A stretch of 64,000 nt of DNA from an uncultured Acidimicrobiales bacterium (GTDB taxonomy: Bacteria; Actinomycetota; Acidimicrobiia; Acidimicrobiales; RAAP-2): NCBI GenBank assembly GCA_963699105.1, contig CAVOTI010000001.1:186221-250220 (forward strand), in the 5' to 3' direction. Position numbers and translations under genes: made by a program. This document shows positions 32,519-41,220 of the stretch, piece by piece (the stretch's first letter is position 1; each line of letters starts with the position of its first letter). The notes below the pieces were generated by a model, which did no database searches, had not been told where the DNA came from, and saw nothing but the letters and a program-made list of their open reading frames with translations.

Positions 32519-33871
32519 ATGGGCACGGGACAGCCGACCGACCCACACTTGCGGACGGTGGTCCTAGTGACCACTGGAGCCGACCTCCTCGATGAACTGC
32601 ACGATGCACTTGTGAGGTACGTGGTCCTCCCCAGCCTGGAAGCCACCACCGCCGTCGTCCTCTGGATCACCGCTACACATGGTCTGTCTGCCTTCGAACA
32701 TGCCACCCGGTTGGCGATCAACAGCCCGGTGAAGAGATGCGGTAAGTCTCGGCTTCTGGAGGTGATCCAGGCGACAGCGTTCAACACCGTCCCCACAACC
32801 AACATCTCGGTCCCCGCCTTGTTCCGGATGATCGATGCCGCGGCCCAGCCACCGACACTGATCCTGGACGAGGCTGACCGACTCTTCGGGTCGGCGAAGA
32901 AGGATGAGGAGAACAGGGATCTCATCGCCATCCTGAACAACGGATTCCGGGAGGGAAGTCCCACCTGGCGCTGTGTCGGCCCCTCGCAGGTTCCGACCCC
33001 GTTCAGCAACTACGCCATGGTGGCGTTGGCCGGTATCGGGAGGAAGCCGGACACCATCGAGGACCGGGCCGTGAATATCGAGATGCGCCGGCGGATGCCA
33101 GGAGAGGTCATCACCAAGTTCCGACTCCGTACGGACCTGCCTGCTCTCCATGATCTTCGTGATCGCCTTGGGGAATGGGTCTCCTCGGTGTCGGAGGTGC
33201 TCGAGGTCCCGGTGACCGACCTCCCCGCAGGGCTGGAGGACCGAGCTGAGGATGCATGGGAACCGCTGCTAGCCGTCGCCTCTGCCGCGGGTGGTCATTG
33301 GCCTCAGCGAGCGCACACGGCGGCGGTAAAGCTGACTCAGGACGTCGATGACGACGACCAATCAGATGTTCGGATTCTCGCCGACGTGAGGACCACGTTC
33401 AAGGCTGAGGGGGACCTCCCCTTCCTGCCATCAGTTGAGCTGCTCACCGGTCTCCGCCAGATTGAGGACGCTCCCTGGAGTGACTTCGATCTCACCACCC
33501 GAAAGTTGGCGACGAAGCTCACCAAGTTCGGAGTGAAGCCGAGGCCCAACCCGGCCGGGACGGTCCGCGGGTACTACCGAAAGGACCTCCAAGATGCATT
33601 CCGTCGGTACCTTCCGTCGGACCCGTCAGAAGCGTCAGAAATGCCGACCACGCTGGAGAAACGGCCTGACGGATTGAAATCGTCTGACACTTCGAACCGT
33701 CAGACGCAAATGAACCGTCAGACAGAACAGGCAGCTCAGACCCCAAATCTGACAGGTCTGACGCTTCCGACGGATACCCCGCCCGAATGTCGGGTCTGTG
33801 GACACCCTCCGATCCGATCCGGGTCATTCGGACTCATCGCCTGCGAGCACCAACTAGCGGAGATCGGTTGA
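32519..33871 (+). CDS. DUF3631-family protein (replication/primase-associated type of actinobacterial integrative elements)
   Basis: Intact 450 aa. LLDELHDALVRYVVLPSLEATTAVVLWITATHGLSAFEHATRLAINSPVKRCGKSRLLEV...LILDEADRLF. It has a C-terminal CRVCGH...C cluster. Confidence 0.6.
   Translation: MGTGQPTDPHLRTVVLVTTGADLLDELHDALVRYVVLPSLEATTAVVLWITATHGLSAFEHATRLAINSPVKRCGKSRLLEVIQATAFNTVPTTNISVPALFRMIDAAAQPPTLILDEADRLFGSAKKDEENRDLIAILNNGFREGSPTWRCVGPSQVPTPFSNYAMVALAGIGRKPDTIEDRAVNIEMRRRMPGEVITKFRLRTDLPALHDLRDRLGEWVSSVSEVLEVPVTDLPAGLEDRAEDAWEPLLAVASAAGGHWPQRAHTAAVKLTQDVDDDDQSDVRILADVRTTFKAEGDLPFLPSVELLTGLRQIEDAPWSDFDLTTRKLATKLTKFGVKPRPNPAGTVRGYYRKDLQDAFRRYLPSDPSEASEMPTTLEKRPDGLKSSDTSNRQTQMNRQTEQAAQTPNLTGLTLPTDTPPECRVCGHPPIRSGSFGLIACEHQLAEIG
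33625..33763. repeat. Iteron-like cluster of GTCAGA(C)/(G)TCTGAC motifs
   Basis: Forward copies are at 33625, 33634, 33699 and 33717, with a degenerate copy at 33735. Reverse copies are at 33682, 33748 and 33756. GAACCGTCAGAC occurs twice, 18 bp apart. Confidence 0.7.
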
Positions 33872-33929
33872 ATCTCCGACCCCGCAACCAGAAGCCAACC
33901 ACCGTCACACTCAAAAGGAGAACACAATC

Positions 33930-34241
33930 ATGATTCACACCCTGCCTGAGCGCGATTACATCTGGGACGAACTGCGGCCCCATGGCCGAGTCGTGTTCTA
34001 CGAGGGCGACGATCCTTCCGGCTTCGCCGCCGAGATGCTGGCCCTCGACATCGATGTCACCGCGCCGATTCCGTGGGACCCATGGGCTTTCCCAGACGAG
34101 ACGGACTCTCTGCACGTGCCTTTCAGCGGAGCATGGGGTGGCTATCTCCGTGACCCCTTCGGACGCCACTTTGCCTTTTACATCCCCGTGGGCCGGGTTG
34201 AGGAGATATACGCCCCAGACCGCTGGCCTCTGGGGTCGTGA
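33930..34241 (+). CDS. Hypothetical protein
   Basis: 103 aa. AAGGAG Shine-Dalgarno sequence upstream. The stop overlaps the next start (GTGA). Confidence 0.5.
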   Translation: MIHTLPERDYIWDELRPHGRVVFYEGDDPSGFAAEMLALDIDVTAPIPWDPWAFPDETDSLHVPFSGAWGGYLRDPFGRHFAFYIPVGRVEEIYAPDRWPLGS

Positions 34242-34558
34242 GCGTCCTGGAGGAAACGCTGGCCTGGCAGTTACGGGCGGTCGAGACGCCGACGCCGGAA
34301 CGCGAGTACCGCTTCTGTCCACCGAGACGTTGGCGGTTCGATCTTGCCTGGCCTGACCGACTGCTGGCAGTCGAAGTGAACGGCGGTGCATGGGTCAATG
34401 GTCGGCACAACCGAGCCTCTGGCCAACGATCCGACAATGAGAAGACCAATGCTGCCACTCTCGCCGGTTGGCGCGTACTGAGGTTCACGGGGGCAGAAGT
34501 CGAGGACGGAACCGCGCTGACCCAGATCCAACAAGCGTTGGAGATGACCGATGCCTAG
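34238..34558 (+). CDS. DUF559 / Vsr-fold (PD-(D/E)XK-like) endonuclease-domain protein
   Basis: REYRFCPPRRWRFDLAWPDRLLAVEVNGGAW...DNEKTNAATLAGWRVLRFTGAEV fits the DUF559 pattern (D...E.(D/N)G...GW.VLRF). Confidence 0.5.
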   Translation: MSVLEETLAWQLRAVETPTPEREYRFCPPRRWRFDLAWPDRLLAVEVNGGAWVNGRHNRASGQRSDNEKTNAATLAGWRVLRFTGAEVEDGTALTQIQQALEMTDA

Positions 34559-34675
34559 GCGCCACGGCGCCGGAGCGCGACGGGTACAGGCCAAGCGGTC
34601 CCGCCGCAGGGCGCCGAAGGTAGCGAGACGCAGCGCCTTCTCCCAGCGCCGCCGGCCGAAGGCAGGGGGAGACCA

Positions 34676-34981
34676 GTGATCCTGAAGACTTGGTGTCTGG
34701 ACTGCGGTGCCCTGTTCCGGGGGTCGGGTAGCCGGTGCCCCAAGTGCCAGCCTGCTGTCGAAGCCAAGCGAGGGACCAGTACCCAACGTGGCTACGACTC
34801 GCAGTGGAGTCGGACTAGCAAGCGGATCATCCAGCGAGACGGTGGCGTCTGCTTCTACTGCGGAGGTCGTGCCACCACTACAGACCACCGGATACCCAAG
34901 GCACGAGGTGGAACAAGTGAAGACTGGAATTTGGTGGCTGCCTGTAGGCCATGTAACTCAGGCAAGAGAGACCGAATATAG
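34676..34981 (+). CDS. HNH endonuclease
   Basis: RDGGVCFYCGGRATTTDHRIPKARGGTSEDWNLVAACRPCNSGK has the CxxC...H...N...CxxCN HNH core, plus an N-terminal CxxC...CxxC zinc ribbon. Confidence 0.85.
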   Translation: MILKTWCLDCGALFRGSGSRCPKCQPAVEAKRGTSTQRGYDSQWSRTSKRIIQRDGGVCFYCGGRATTTDHRIPKARGGTSEDWNLVAACRPCNSGKRDRI

Positions 34982-35168
34982 CTGTGAACTGGGGGGATAC
35001 TCTGCCTTCCCTGTCATATGAAGTAAAGACCCGCAACGCCTGATTTGCGCACATTCGGGAAACTCGCGAAACCAAGGGGCGATTCGGCGCCACTCGGTGA
35101 ATATCGCTTCTACCAGGACGTTTTCGCTCATTGTGCGCGCTGCGCCCCCTCCAGAGAGGACATAGACG

Positions 35169-35656
35169 ATGGGCAGGCCCCCAAAGCCCCTAGAAGTGCA
35201 CCGCCGCAACGGGAACCCCTCACGTAAGAAGCTCCCGGCCCGGTCGGAGACCGTCACACTGGCGCCGGCCACGGATGCAGTCCCGATCTCCCTCGGTCCA
35301 CGTGGCCGAGAGGTTACCGACGGTCTCTGGATATGGCCGTATGGATATCGGAGCTGGATCTCACCGTCCTGGAGGACTTCGCCCGCACCTGGGACGAAGT
35401 CTGCGAGATGCGCGATGTGATCGCCGCTGATGGCCTCACCTACCTCGAACCCTTGGTGACCCCGGCCGGCAATGTCGTCGGGGAGAAGCCAGTCGCTCAC
35501 CCATTACTCAAGGAGTTACGCAGTGCTCAAAAGCAGCTCGACACCCACCGGAAGGTCCTCGGATTCGACCCCACATCGCGAGCCACGCTTGGCACCGCCG
35601 AGGTCAAGCGTCAAAGTCGGCTCGAAGAGCTCAGGGCGAAGCGGCAAGTCCCCTAG
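35169..35656 (+). CDS. Phage terminase small subunit (P27 family), one frameshift (~35335)
   Basis: MGRPPKPLEVHRRNGNPSRKKLP... (ORF 35169..35420) continues as WISELDLTVLEDFARTWDEVCEMRDVIAADGL...HPLLKELRSAQKQL (ORF 35333..35656). Confidence 0.7.
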
Positions 35657-37298
35657 TTGGCCCCCGCTCCACCTCACGAAGGTCCCAGCCGCCGATATCA
35701 AGCGAGGAGACGGCCCCCAGATCTGTGAGGCGGTGGAGTCCCTGGCCACCGTGAGCAAGGACGGGTACGCCGCCAGTGCGGGGGACTCTCTGGTCCTGAG
35801 GTCGTGGCAGAAGGAGCTATTGAACCACCTGTTCGCCCGCCGCCCCAATGGCCGGCTCCGTCACCGGGTCGCACTCATTGGACTGCCCCGTAAGAACGGC
35901 AAGTCCTCTCTGGGGTCCGCTCTCGCCCTCGACGGACTGATCTTCGGGCCGGGCGGAGCCGAGGTCTACTCGGCAGCAGCGGAGAAGGAGCAGGCCCGGA
36001 TCGTCTTTGGTGAGACCAAGCGCATGATTGCCGCCGACCCCGAACTGTCCGCACTGTGCCATCCGATGCGGGACGTGATCGAGGTCCCCTCCACCAACAG
36101 CATCCTCCGCTGCCTGTCCGCCGAGGCGTACTCCAAGGAGGGCCTCAACATCTCCCGGGCCATCGTGGACGAACTCCACGCCCACCCGACGAGGGAACTC
36201 TGGGATGTCCTCACCCTGGCCTCAGCCGCCCGGATCGACCCGCTGATCGTCGCTATCACCACCGCTGGGGTGAAGACCCAGTCTGACGGTCAGGACACGG
36301 TCTGTTACGAGCTCTATCGCCACGGCCTCGAGGTGGCGGCCGGGACCGTTGATGACCCCAGCTTCTTCTTCGCCTGGTGGGGAGCGCCCGACGATGCCGA
36401 CCACCGGGACCCCGCGGTGTGGAAGCAGGCCAATCCCGGCTATGGGGATCTGATCGACCCCGAGGATTTCGAGTCCTCGGTCAGGAGGACCCCCGAGAAC
36501 GAGTTCAGGACCAAGAGGTTGAACCAGTGGGTGTCCTCCTCGAAGGCGTGGCTGCCGGCGGGAGCCTGGGATGCCTGCGTTGACGAGTCGAGGTCCATTC
36601 CTGACGGCACCGACGTGGTCCTTGGCTTCGACGGGAGCTACAACAACGACAGCACTGCCCTCGTGGTCGTCACCCTTCCCAAGGAGGGAGAACTGCCCCA
36701 TGTGGACGTTGTGGAGGCGTGGGAGAAGCCGTCCGACGAGATCGACTGGACCGTTGACATCCTCGAGGTGGAGGAAGTCATCCGGGACGCTTGCCGGCGC
36801 TGGCAAGTCCAGGAGATCGCCTGCGACCCCGCCCGGTGGGCAAGGACCTACCAAATTCTCGATGACGAGGGGCTCCCCGTCGTGACGTTCCCTCAGAGCA
36901 GCGAGCGTATGGTCCCCGCAACCCAGCGTCTCTATGAGGCGGTGGTCAACCAGCAGGTGACTCACTCAGGAGACACCCGGTTAGCCCGGCACATGGCCAA
37001 CGCCGCCACGAAGACGGATTCCCGCGGTACTCGACTGACAAAGGACGCCAAGAGGTCCAACCGCAAGATCGACCTAGCCGTGGCCCTGGTAATGGCCTAC
37101 GACCACGCTGCGAAGGTTAAGCCGAGGGGCCAGGGGATCTGGAGCGTCCGCGAGATGGTGGAGGAGCTCCGGGCCAAGCAGCAGGCAAACGGTGAGCCGG
37201 TCGGCGATGTCGTGGACCCTATGAACCCCTCCGTACGACCAGTAATCCCACCCGGAGGCGGTCAGGGTTTCATCTCCTTCAAGGATTTTTACCGATGA
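35657..37298 (+). CDS. Phage terminase large subunit (Terminase_1 type); start unresolved
   Basis: LVLRSWQKELLNHLFA...VALIGLPRKNGKSSLGSALAL (Walker A), RAIVDELHAH (Walker B), and a nuclease half with VLGFDGSYNNDSTALVVV...IACDP. The in-frame GTG is at 35733. The TTG at 35657 needs one upstream frameshift. Confidence 0.85.
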
Positions 37299-37454
37299 CA
37301 TGCCCACAATGAACCAACCCGAAAGGAATTGAACAAATGACATTTCGTCAACTTTTCCAACCTCAACAAGGTCGCACCACCGACCACCCGCTGCCGCGGC
37401 CCTCTGCGGGTCTGCTCGGACCGGGCGTCGGCCAGGATCGCAGCCCTCGGGTCG

Positions 37455-37780
37455 GTGCGGAGTCACTGTGAGTGCGGACAATCGTGGCCAGGTCACACGA
37501 TCCCCGACCACCGCTGCATCGACCACCTCGGCCGAGACTTGACCGAGATGAAGTTGGCCAGGGCCGAAGGGCGAGGCGAGCGCTCGCAGCGGTCAAGAGT
37601 CTCTGCCAACCGTTGCCTTGTGCGTTCTGCCAGGCCGAGATGAGGGCTGGTGAGACTCATATTTGTGCCGGGCCCAAGGGTCAGTTCCCCCATGAGCTCC
37701 AGGCCGCCCAGTGGCAGATGAAGGGCACCAAAGAGGCCCTCAAGGCCGAGCTGGCCGAGGTCCAAAAGGGGACGCTGTGA
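37455..37780 (+). CDS. Small Cys/His-rich hypothetical protein, apparently frameshifted
   Basis: CECGQSWPGHTIPDHRCIDH (ORF 37455..37643) continues as CAFCQAEMRAGETHIC...coiled-coil tail (ORF 37472..37780). Confidence 0.3.
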
Positions 37781-38206
37781 GGACCACGTCACTGCAGGAT
37801 CTCGCAGAGGACGTCGCGCTCCTCCGCCACCGGCCCGGTGCTCCAGAACCGCGACTTGGCCGAATGGCGCCGTTCCGCCCGCAGGAAGGCGGCGGCAAAA
37901 GCGACCGCCCCGGACGCCCGCACGCATCGCCTCCAGGAAGCCGTGGCTCGCCTCGAAGGGCCAGGCATGCATCGGCGCTCGAGCGGCTCGATGCCAAACT
38001 GGAGCTCAAGGCTGCGTTGATCGCCGCCCGCCGCGAGTTAGCCGGCAAATGGGTGAGCGCCCCGCAGCGGACTGGCCCTGCGGTCTGAGTACAGAGGCCA
38101 GAGCGAACGACGTGTTCAATTCCCAATCGGTAGGGATGCGGAGCGACGGGGCGCCCGCAGCGGGCTCGAGGTCCGGTCATCGGGAGCGGGTCTCAAGTCA
38201 AATGAG

Positions 38207-38682
38207 GTGCAGGTGACGGGCGCAGCCGTCCGCTACGGGGTGTTTTATGAGGTGCGGACGACCTGGGTACTTTCTCCGAGCGAATGCTGCCCGGCGTCGC
38301 CAGCGAGGTCCTGGCCAAGCCAGACCTCGACTGTAGCTTTCTTTGTAATCACTCAGGGATCGCACTGGCTCGCACCACGACCGGGAGCCTCAAGCTATGG
38401 GACACGTCTGATGCCCTCTGCTTCAGCGCCACCCTCGACACCAGGTCGAGGACCGCGAACGACGTCGCCATCGCCATCGAGCGCGGGGACCTGAGCCAAT
38501 GTTCAATCGGCTTCGTGGTGGCGGACGATAGTTGGAGTGACGACTGGTCGACCCGTTCGGTGTCCAAGCTCCACTCTCTGCAGGACGTCAGCTGCGTGTC
38601 CTATCCAGCGTCTCCCACGACCTCGGTCTGCTCCGTGGTCAGCGGGGTAGCTACGGATGATCGCCAGACGCCGGCTTCCTGA
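38207..38682 (+). CDS. HK97-family prohead protease (Peptidase S78/U35), one frameshift (~38270), short
   Basis: GAAVRYGV...FSERMLPGVASEVL...LDCSFLCNHSGIALARTTTGSLKLWDTSDAL...AIAIERGDLSQCSIGF...LQDVSCVSYPASPTTS matches the family pattern PGAF...L.NH...LAR...GTL.L...I.RGD...S.GF...L.EVS.V..PA. Confidence 0.65.
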
Positions 38683-39188
38683 AGTGGACCATTCGGAGTA
38701 GGCCGCATCTCCAACGGTTCGATCGGCGCTCAACATCGTCGCACGTTGCCAGGCTCGAAGCCACCTCGTAGGCTATCGGCGACCAGCTTGCCGCCGCCGC
38801 CGCAGAACTAACTGCTACATCGACGCCGACCCCTGCCCTGTGGCAGCCATGGCCGAGGCGCACGCCGACCTCATCGCCATCATTTCGGTCATCGCTTCCG
38901 CATTTTCCCGATGGGATCGCATGGGCAGAATCGAGCGATGCGAGGCCGTGGAGTGTGTCAGGGCCCTCGGAGAACGGGCTGACCACGTCGCGGAGGTCCT
39001 GGGCCCGCTTCCGTGACCTTGGCTCCTGAAATCCTGCAACGTTTCTGGTCCGAACCGGCCTGATTCCATCAAATTTGATGATTGCGGCTGCTGAGCCGAA
39101 ACTTGAAGCTTCAGGGAGAGTTGTGCGCGGGCAGGGGACCTAACCCAAGAAGGACAAGACCCACAAACCAAAAAAAGGCGGAGCAACA

Positions 39189-39482
39189 ATGCGAAAGACG
39201 CGCAGGGCGGTACTCGCGTTCCTCATCTTTTCGGCATTTGTCCTAGTCGGCCTTACCGTCCGGCCATCTCCAGCTTCGGCCGGTGGATCTCCAGCCTCAG
39301 TTCGTAGTAGTCAGGCGGACCTTCCTGATTTCCAGGTAGAGCCAGGTGAGAAGGTGCACGAGACAACATTTTCAAGCGGTTCGGGAACTGCGACTACCAG
39401 CATGGGGATCGATTGTTTGGCACGTCAATGCACGGTGATCGCATTCGCAGATGTAAAGTCAGTACTGCCGCTTTCCGGGTAA
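39189..39482 (+). CDS. Small secreted hypothetical protein (low-GC cargo)
   Basis: Signal peptide MRKTRRAVLAFLIFSAFVLVGLTVRPSPASA. A-rich region with a purine-rich GGCGGAG upstream of the ATG. Confidence 0.5.
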   Translation: MRKTRRAVLAFLIFSAFVLVGLTVRPSPASAGGSPASVRSSQADLPDFQVEPGEKVHETTFSSGSGTATTSMGIDCLARQCTVIAFADVKSVLPLSG

Positions 39483-39510
39483 TTACCAAGCATCGGTCAC
39501 GCTAAGCGTT

Positions 39511-40272
39511 GTGCCTGGAGGTTCGGCCACCATAACGAAGAAAAAAAGGGTTAGTCCCCACCCAGCCGCTGTCGGGCCTGTTGACGATCCGTTTGGGCAG
39601 ATTAGCGTTGTTGCCGCGGGCGAGATTACAAATGATGGCGAGGTCAATCCGTACCTCCCCCTTATTGTCGATCTCACCGTTGAGGTCGAGGGCGCACCTG
39701 GAGACCTTTTCTCTACGGGAAGCCCCTTTCCGCCGAATCCCGTGTGTCCCGGTACTGGAAGTGCGAGTCAGTTCCCTGTCGTAATCGATCATGAAAGGCA
39801 CAACACAACTTATGCCTTATCGCTGACCGGCAATGCTGGGGGCGTTGCACTGAATCAACCGATTGGATCGATTACTACCGACGACAAGGGTTTCGCCATC
39901 CAGACGTTCACTTTGCCCCAAGTGCCAAGCCACAACGCCTGGACGCTGGTCGCGACTCCGTCTAAGGGCAAAGCCGTTTCGACAACGTTCGCTACTGGCT
40001 ACTCCAACTGCGAGGTTGGCCAATTCGTGGATGATAACGGCGATCTTGAGGTTAATTGGGCAATTACGGGTGCTCTTCCAGGTGCCCCAGCCCAATTTAA
40101 CATCGATGGTTCTCTACAAGAACAGGACCCCGTCCAAAATGACGGGTCAGCGTCAGACAGCTTTGTGTGGAATTGCCCATCTGGCACGGACCACAGCTTT
40201 ACGATTAATTACGCCACTATCGATAACCCCAATGTTTCCGCGTACTTTCCTGTTGAATGCCCCTCCTACTGA
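39511..40272 (+). CDS. Hypothetical protein (low-GC cargo), beta-rich and Cys-containing
   Basis: 253-aa ORF with a GTG start and no signal peptide in this frame. No family recognised. Confidence 0.45.
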   Translation: MPGGSATITKKKRVSPHPAAVGPVDDPFGQISVVAAGEITNDGEVNPYLPLIVDLTVEVEGAPGDLFSTGSPFPPNPVCPGTGSASQFPVVIDHERHNTTYALSLTGNAGGVALNQPIGSITTDDKGFAIQTFTLPQVPSHNAWTLVATPSKGKAVSTTFATGYSNCEVGQFVDDNGDLEVNWAITGALPGAPAQFNIDGSLQEQDPVQNDGSASDSFVWNCPSGTDHSFTINYATIDNPNVSAYFPVECPSY

Positions 40273-40424
40273 AATAGAACCTCGGGAAACCACGTCGTGG
40301 CGGTCCCTTCTCAGCACAGAGGCAGCCACGAGCAGCTGACCCATCTGGAGACCGCCACGGACAAGACTGTCCCCGAACGCCGGCTAGGTGGAAACAAACC
40401 CTTTGACCGACGACCGTCGTCCGG

Positions 40425-40631
40425 TCAGAGGACCCACTGAACCGACGTCAGGTCCGCACGGTGCCCGTCGCACGCTTCGACGGTGTGCCACTTGCCGGCG
40501 GCATCCTGGAACCGTCCACGCCATACGGTCAGGTAGGGGCAGTGCTGGGCGTGCCCCGTACCGTCCTCAGCCTGAATCATCCGGAAGCAGCGCCGGGAGA
40601 GCAGGCAAAAGGCGTTGGCATAGTGCTGCAT
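40425..40631 (-). CDS. Small Cys/His-rich hypothetical protein
   Basis: 68 aa. Its ATG lies 3 nt after the stop of the upstream gene (TAAGCGATG). A hairpin lies just downstream (40398-40420). Confidence 0.45.
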   Translation of the reverse strand: MQHYANAFCLLSRRCFRMIQAEDGTGHAQHCPYLTVWRGRFQDAAGKWHTVEACDGHRADLTSVQWVL

Positions 40632-40634
40632 CGC

Positions 40635-41078
40635 TTACGGGGATCCTGGGGCATCCCGCGTACCCCCGAAATAGGAACCCTGAAACGGGTGATGTTCGAC
40701 GAACCCTCGTATCTCAGTGAGTAAAAGGCCAATCATCGGATAGATGGCGTCGCCCCACATCTTCTGGTCGGTCCACTTAGTTCGGTCAACGATTCGCGTC
40801 CGGATATGTGCCTCGGCCGAAGTGCTGTCTGGGTCGAAAATCTCCATCAGCCACTCGTCGAGAAGCCCCGCCTGGCCAGCCCATCTAACGGCCTGTAGAA
40901 CCTCTTGTTCCATGGTGGGAGTTTTTGGTCGGTCCATCGGCGCCAGCTTGTTTGCGGTACGCAGCCTGCGTTCCATGGCCCGCTCTGCCACCTCCGATCC
41001 CACGATGTCGGGGACGCCCATGGCCCTTCGAATCAATAGGGACCAGGCGGTGCCATCTTCTTCCTGTTGCTCGCTCAT
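40635..41078 (-). CDS. Hypothetical protein
   Basis: 147 aa, acidic N-terminus MSEQQEEDGTAW. It is the first gene of a two-gene minus-strand unit that diverges from the RHH-int unit. Confidence 0.45.
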   Translation of the reverse strand: MSEQQEEDGTAWSLLIRRAMGVPDIVGSEVAERAMERRLRTANKLAPMDRPKTPTMEQEVLQAVRWAGQAGLLDEWLMEIFDPDSTSAEAHIRTRIVDRTKWTDQKMWGDAIYPMIGLLLTEIRGFVEHHPFQGSYFGGTRDAPGSP

Positions 41079-41149
41079 TTCATCCGCCCCATTCCCGCTC
41101 GCATTCGTGACGACTGACGGAAGCGTAGCCAGATGGGTTCCCGGAGGGT

Positions 41150-41190
41150 GCTTGTATTATACGTACACCTATACTTATACTGACCTCTAG
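41150..41190. promoter_or_regulatory. AT-rich divergent promoter/operator candidate with three (T/C)TATAC repeats
   Basis: CTTGTATTATACGTACACCTATACTTATACTGACC. TATAC occurs at 41158, 41170 and 41176. This is the lowest-GC spot of the window and lies between genes starting at 41078 (-) and 41221 (+). Confidence 0.4.
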
Positions 41191-41220
41191 CGGCACCTGG
41201 CCGCACGAATGGAGGCTCCG

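Noticed and set aside
39533-39540. A8 tract near the 5' end of ORF 39511-40272 as a phase-variation switch
   Set aside because: It is a single short homopolymer. The ORF start itself is uncertain, and joining to the upstream signal-peptide ORF is blocked by a TAA in that frame. This is speculation only.
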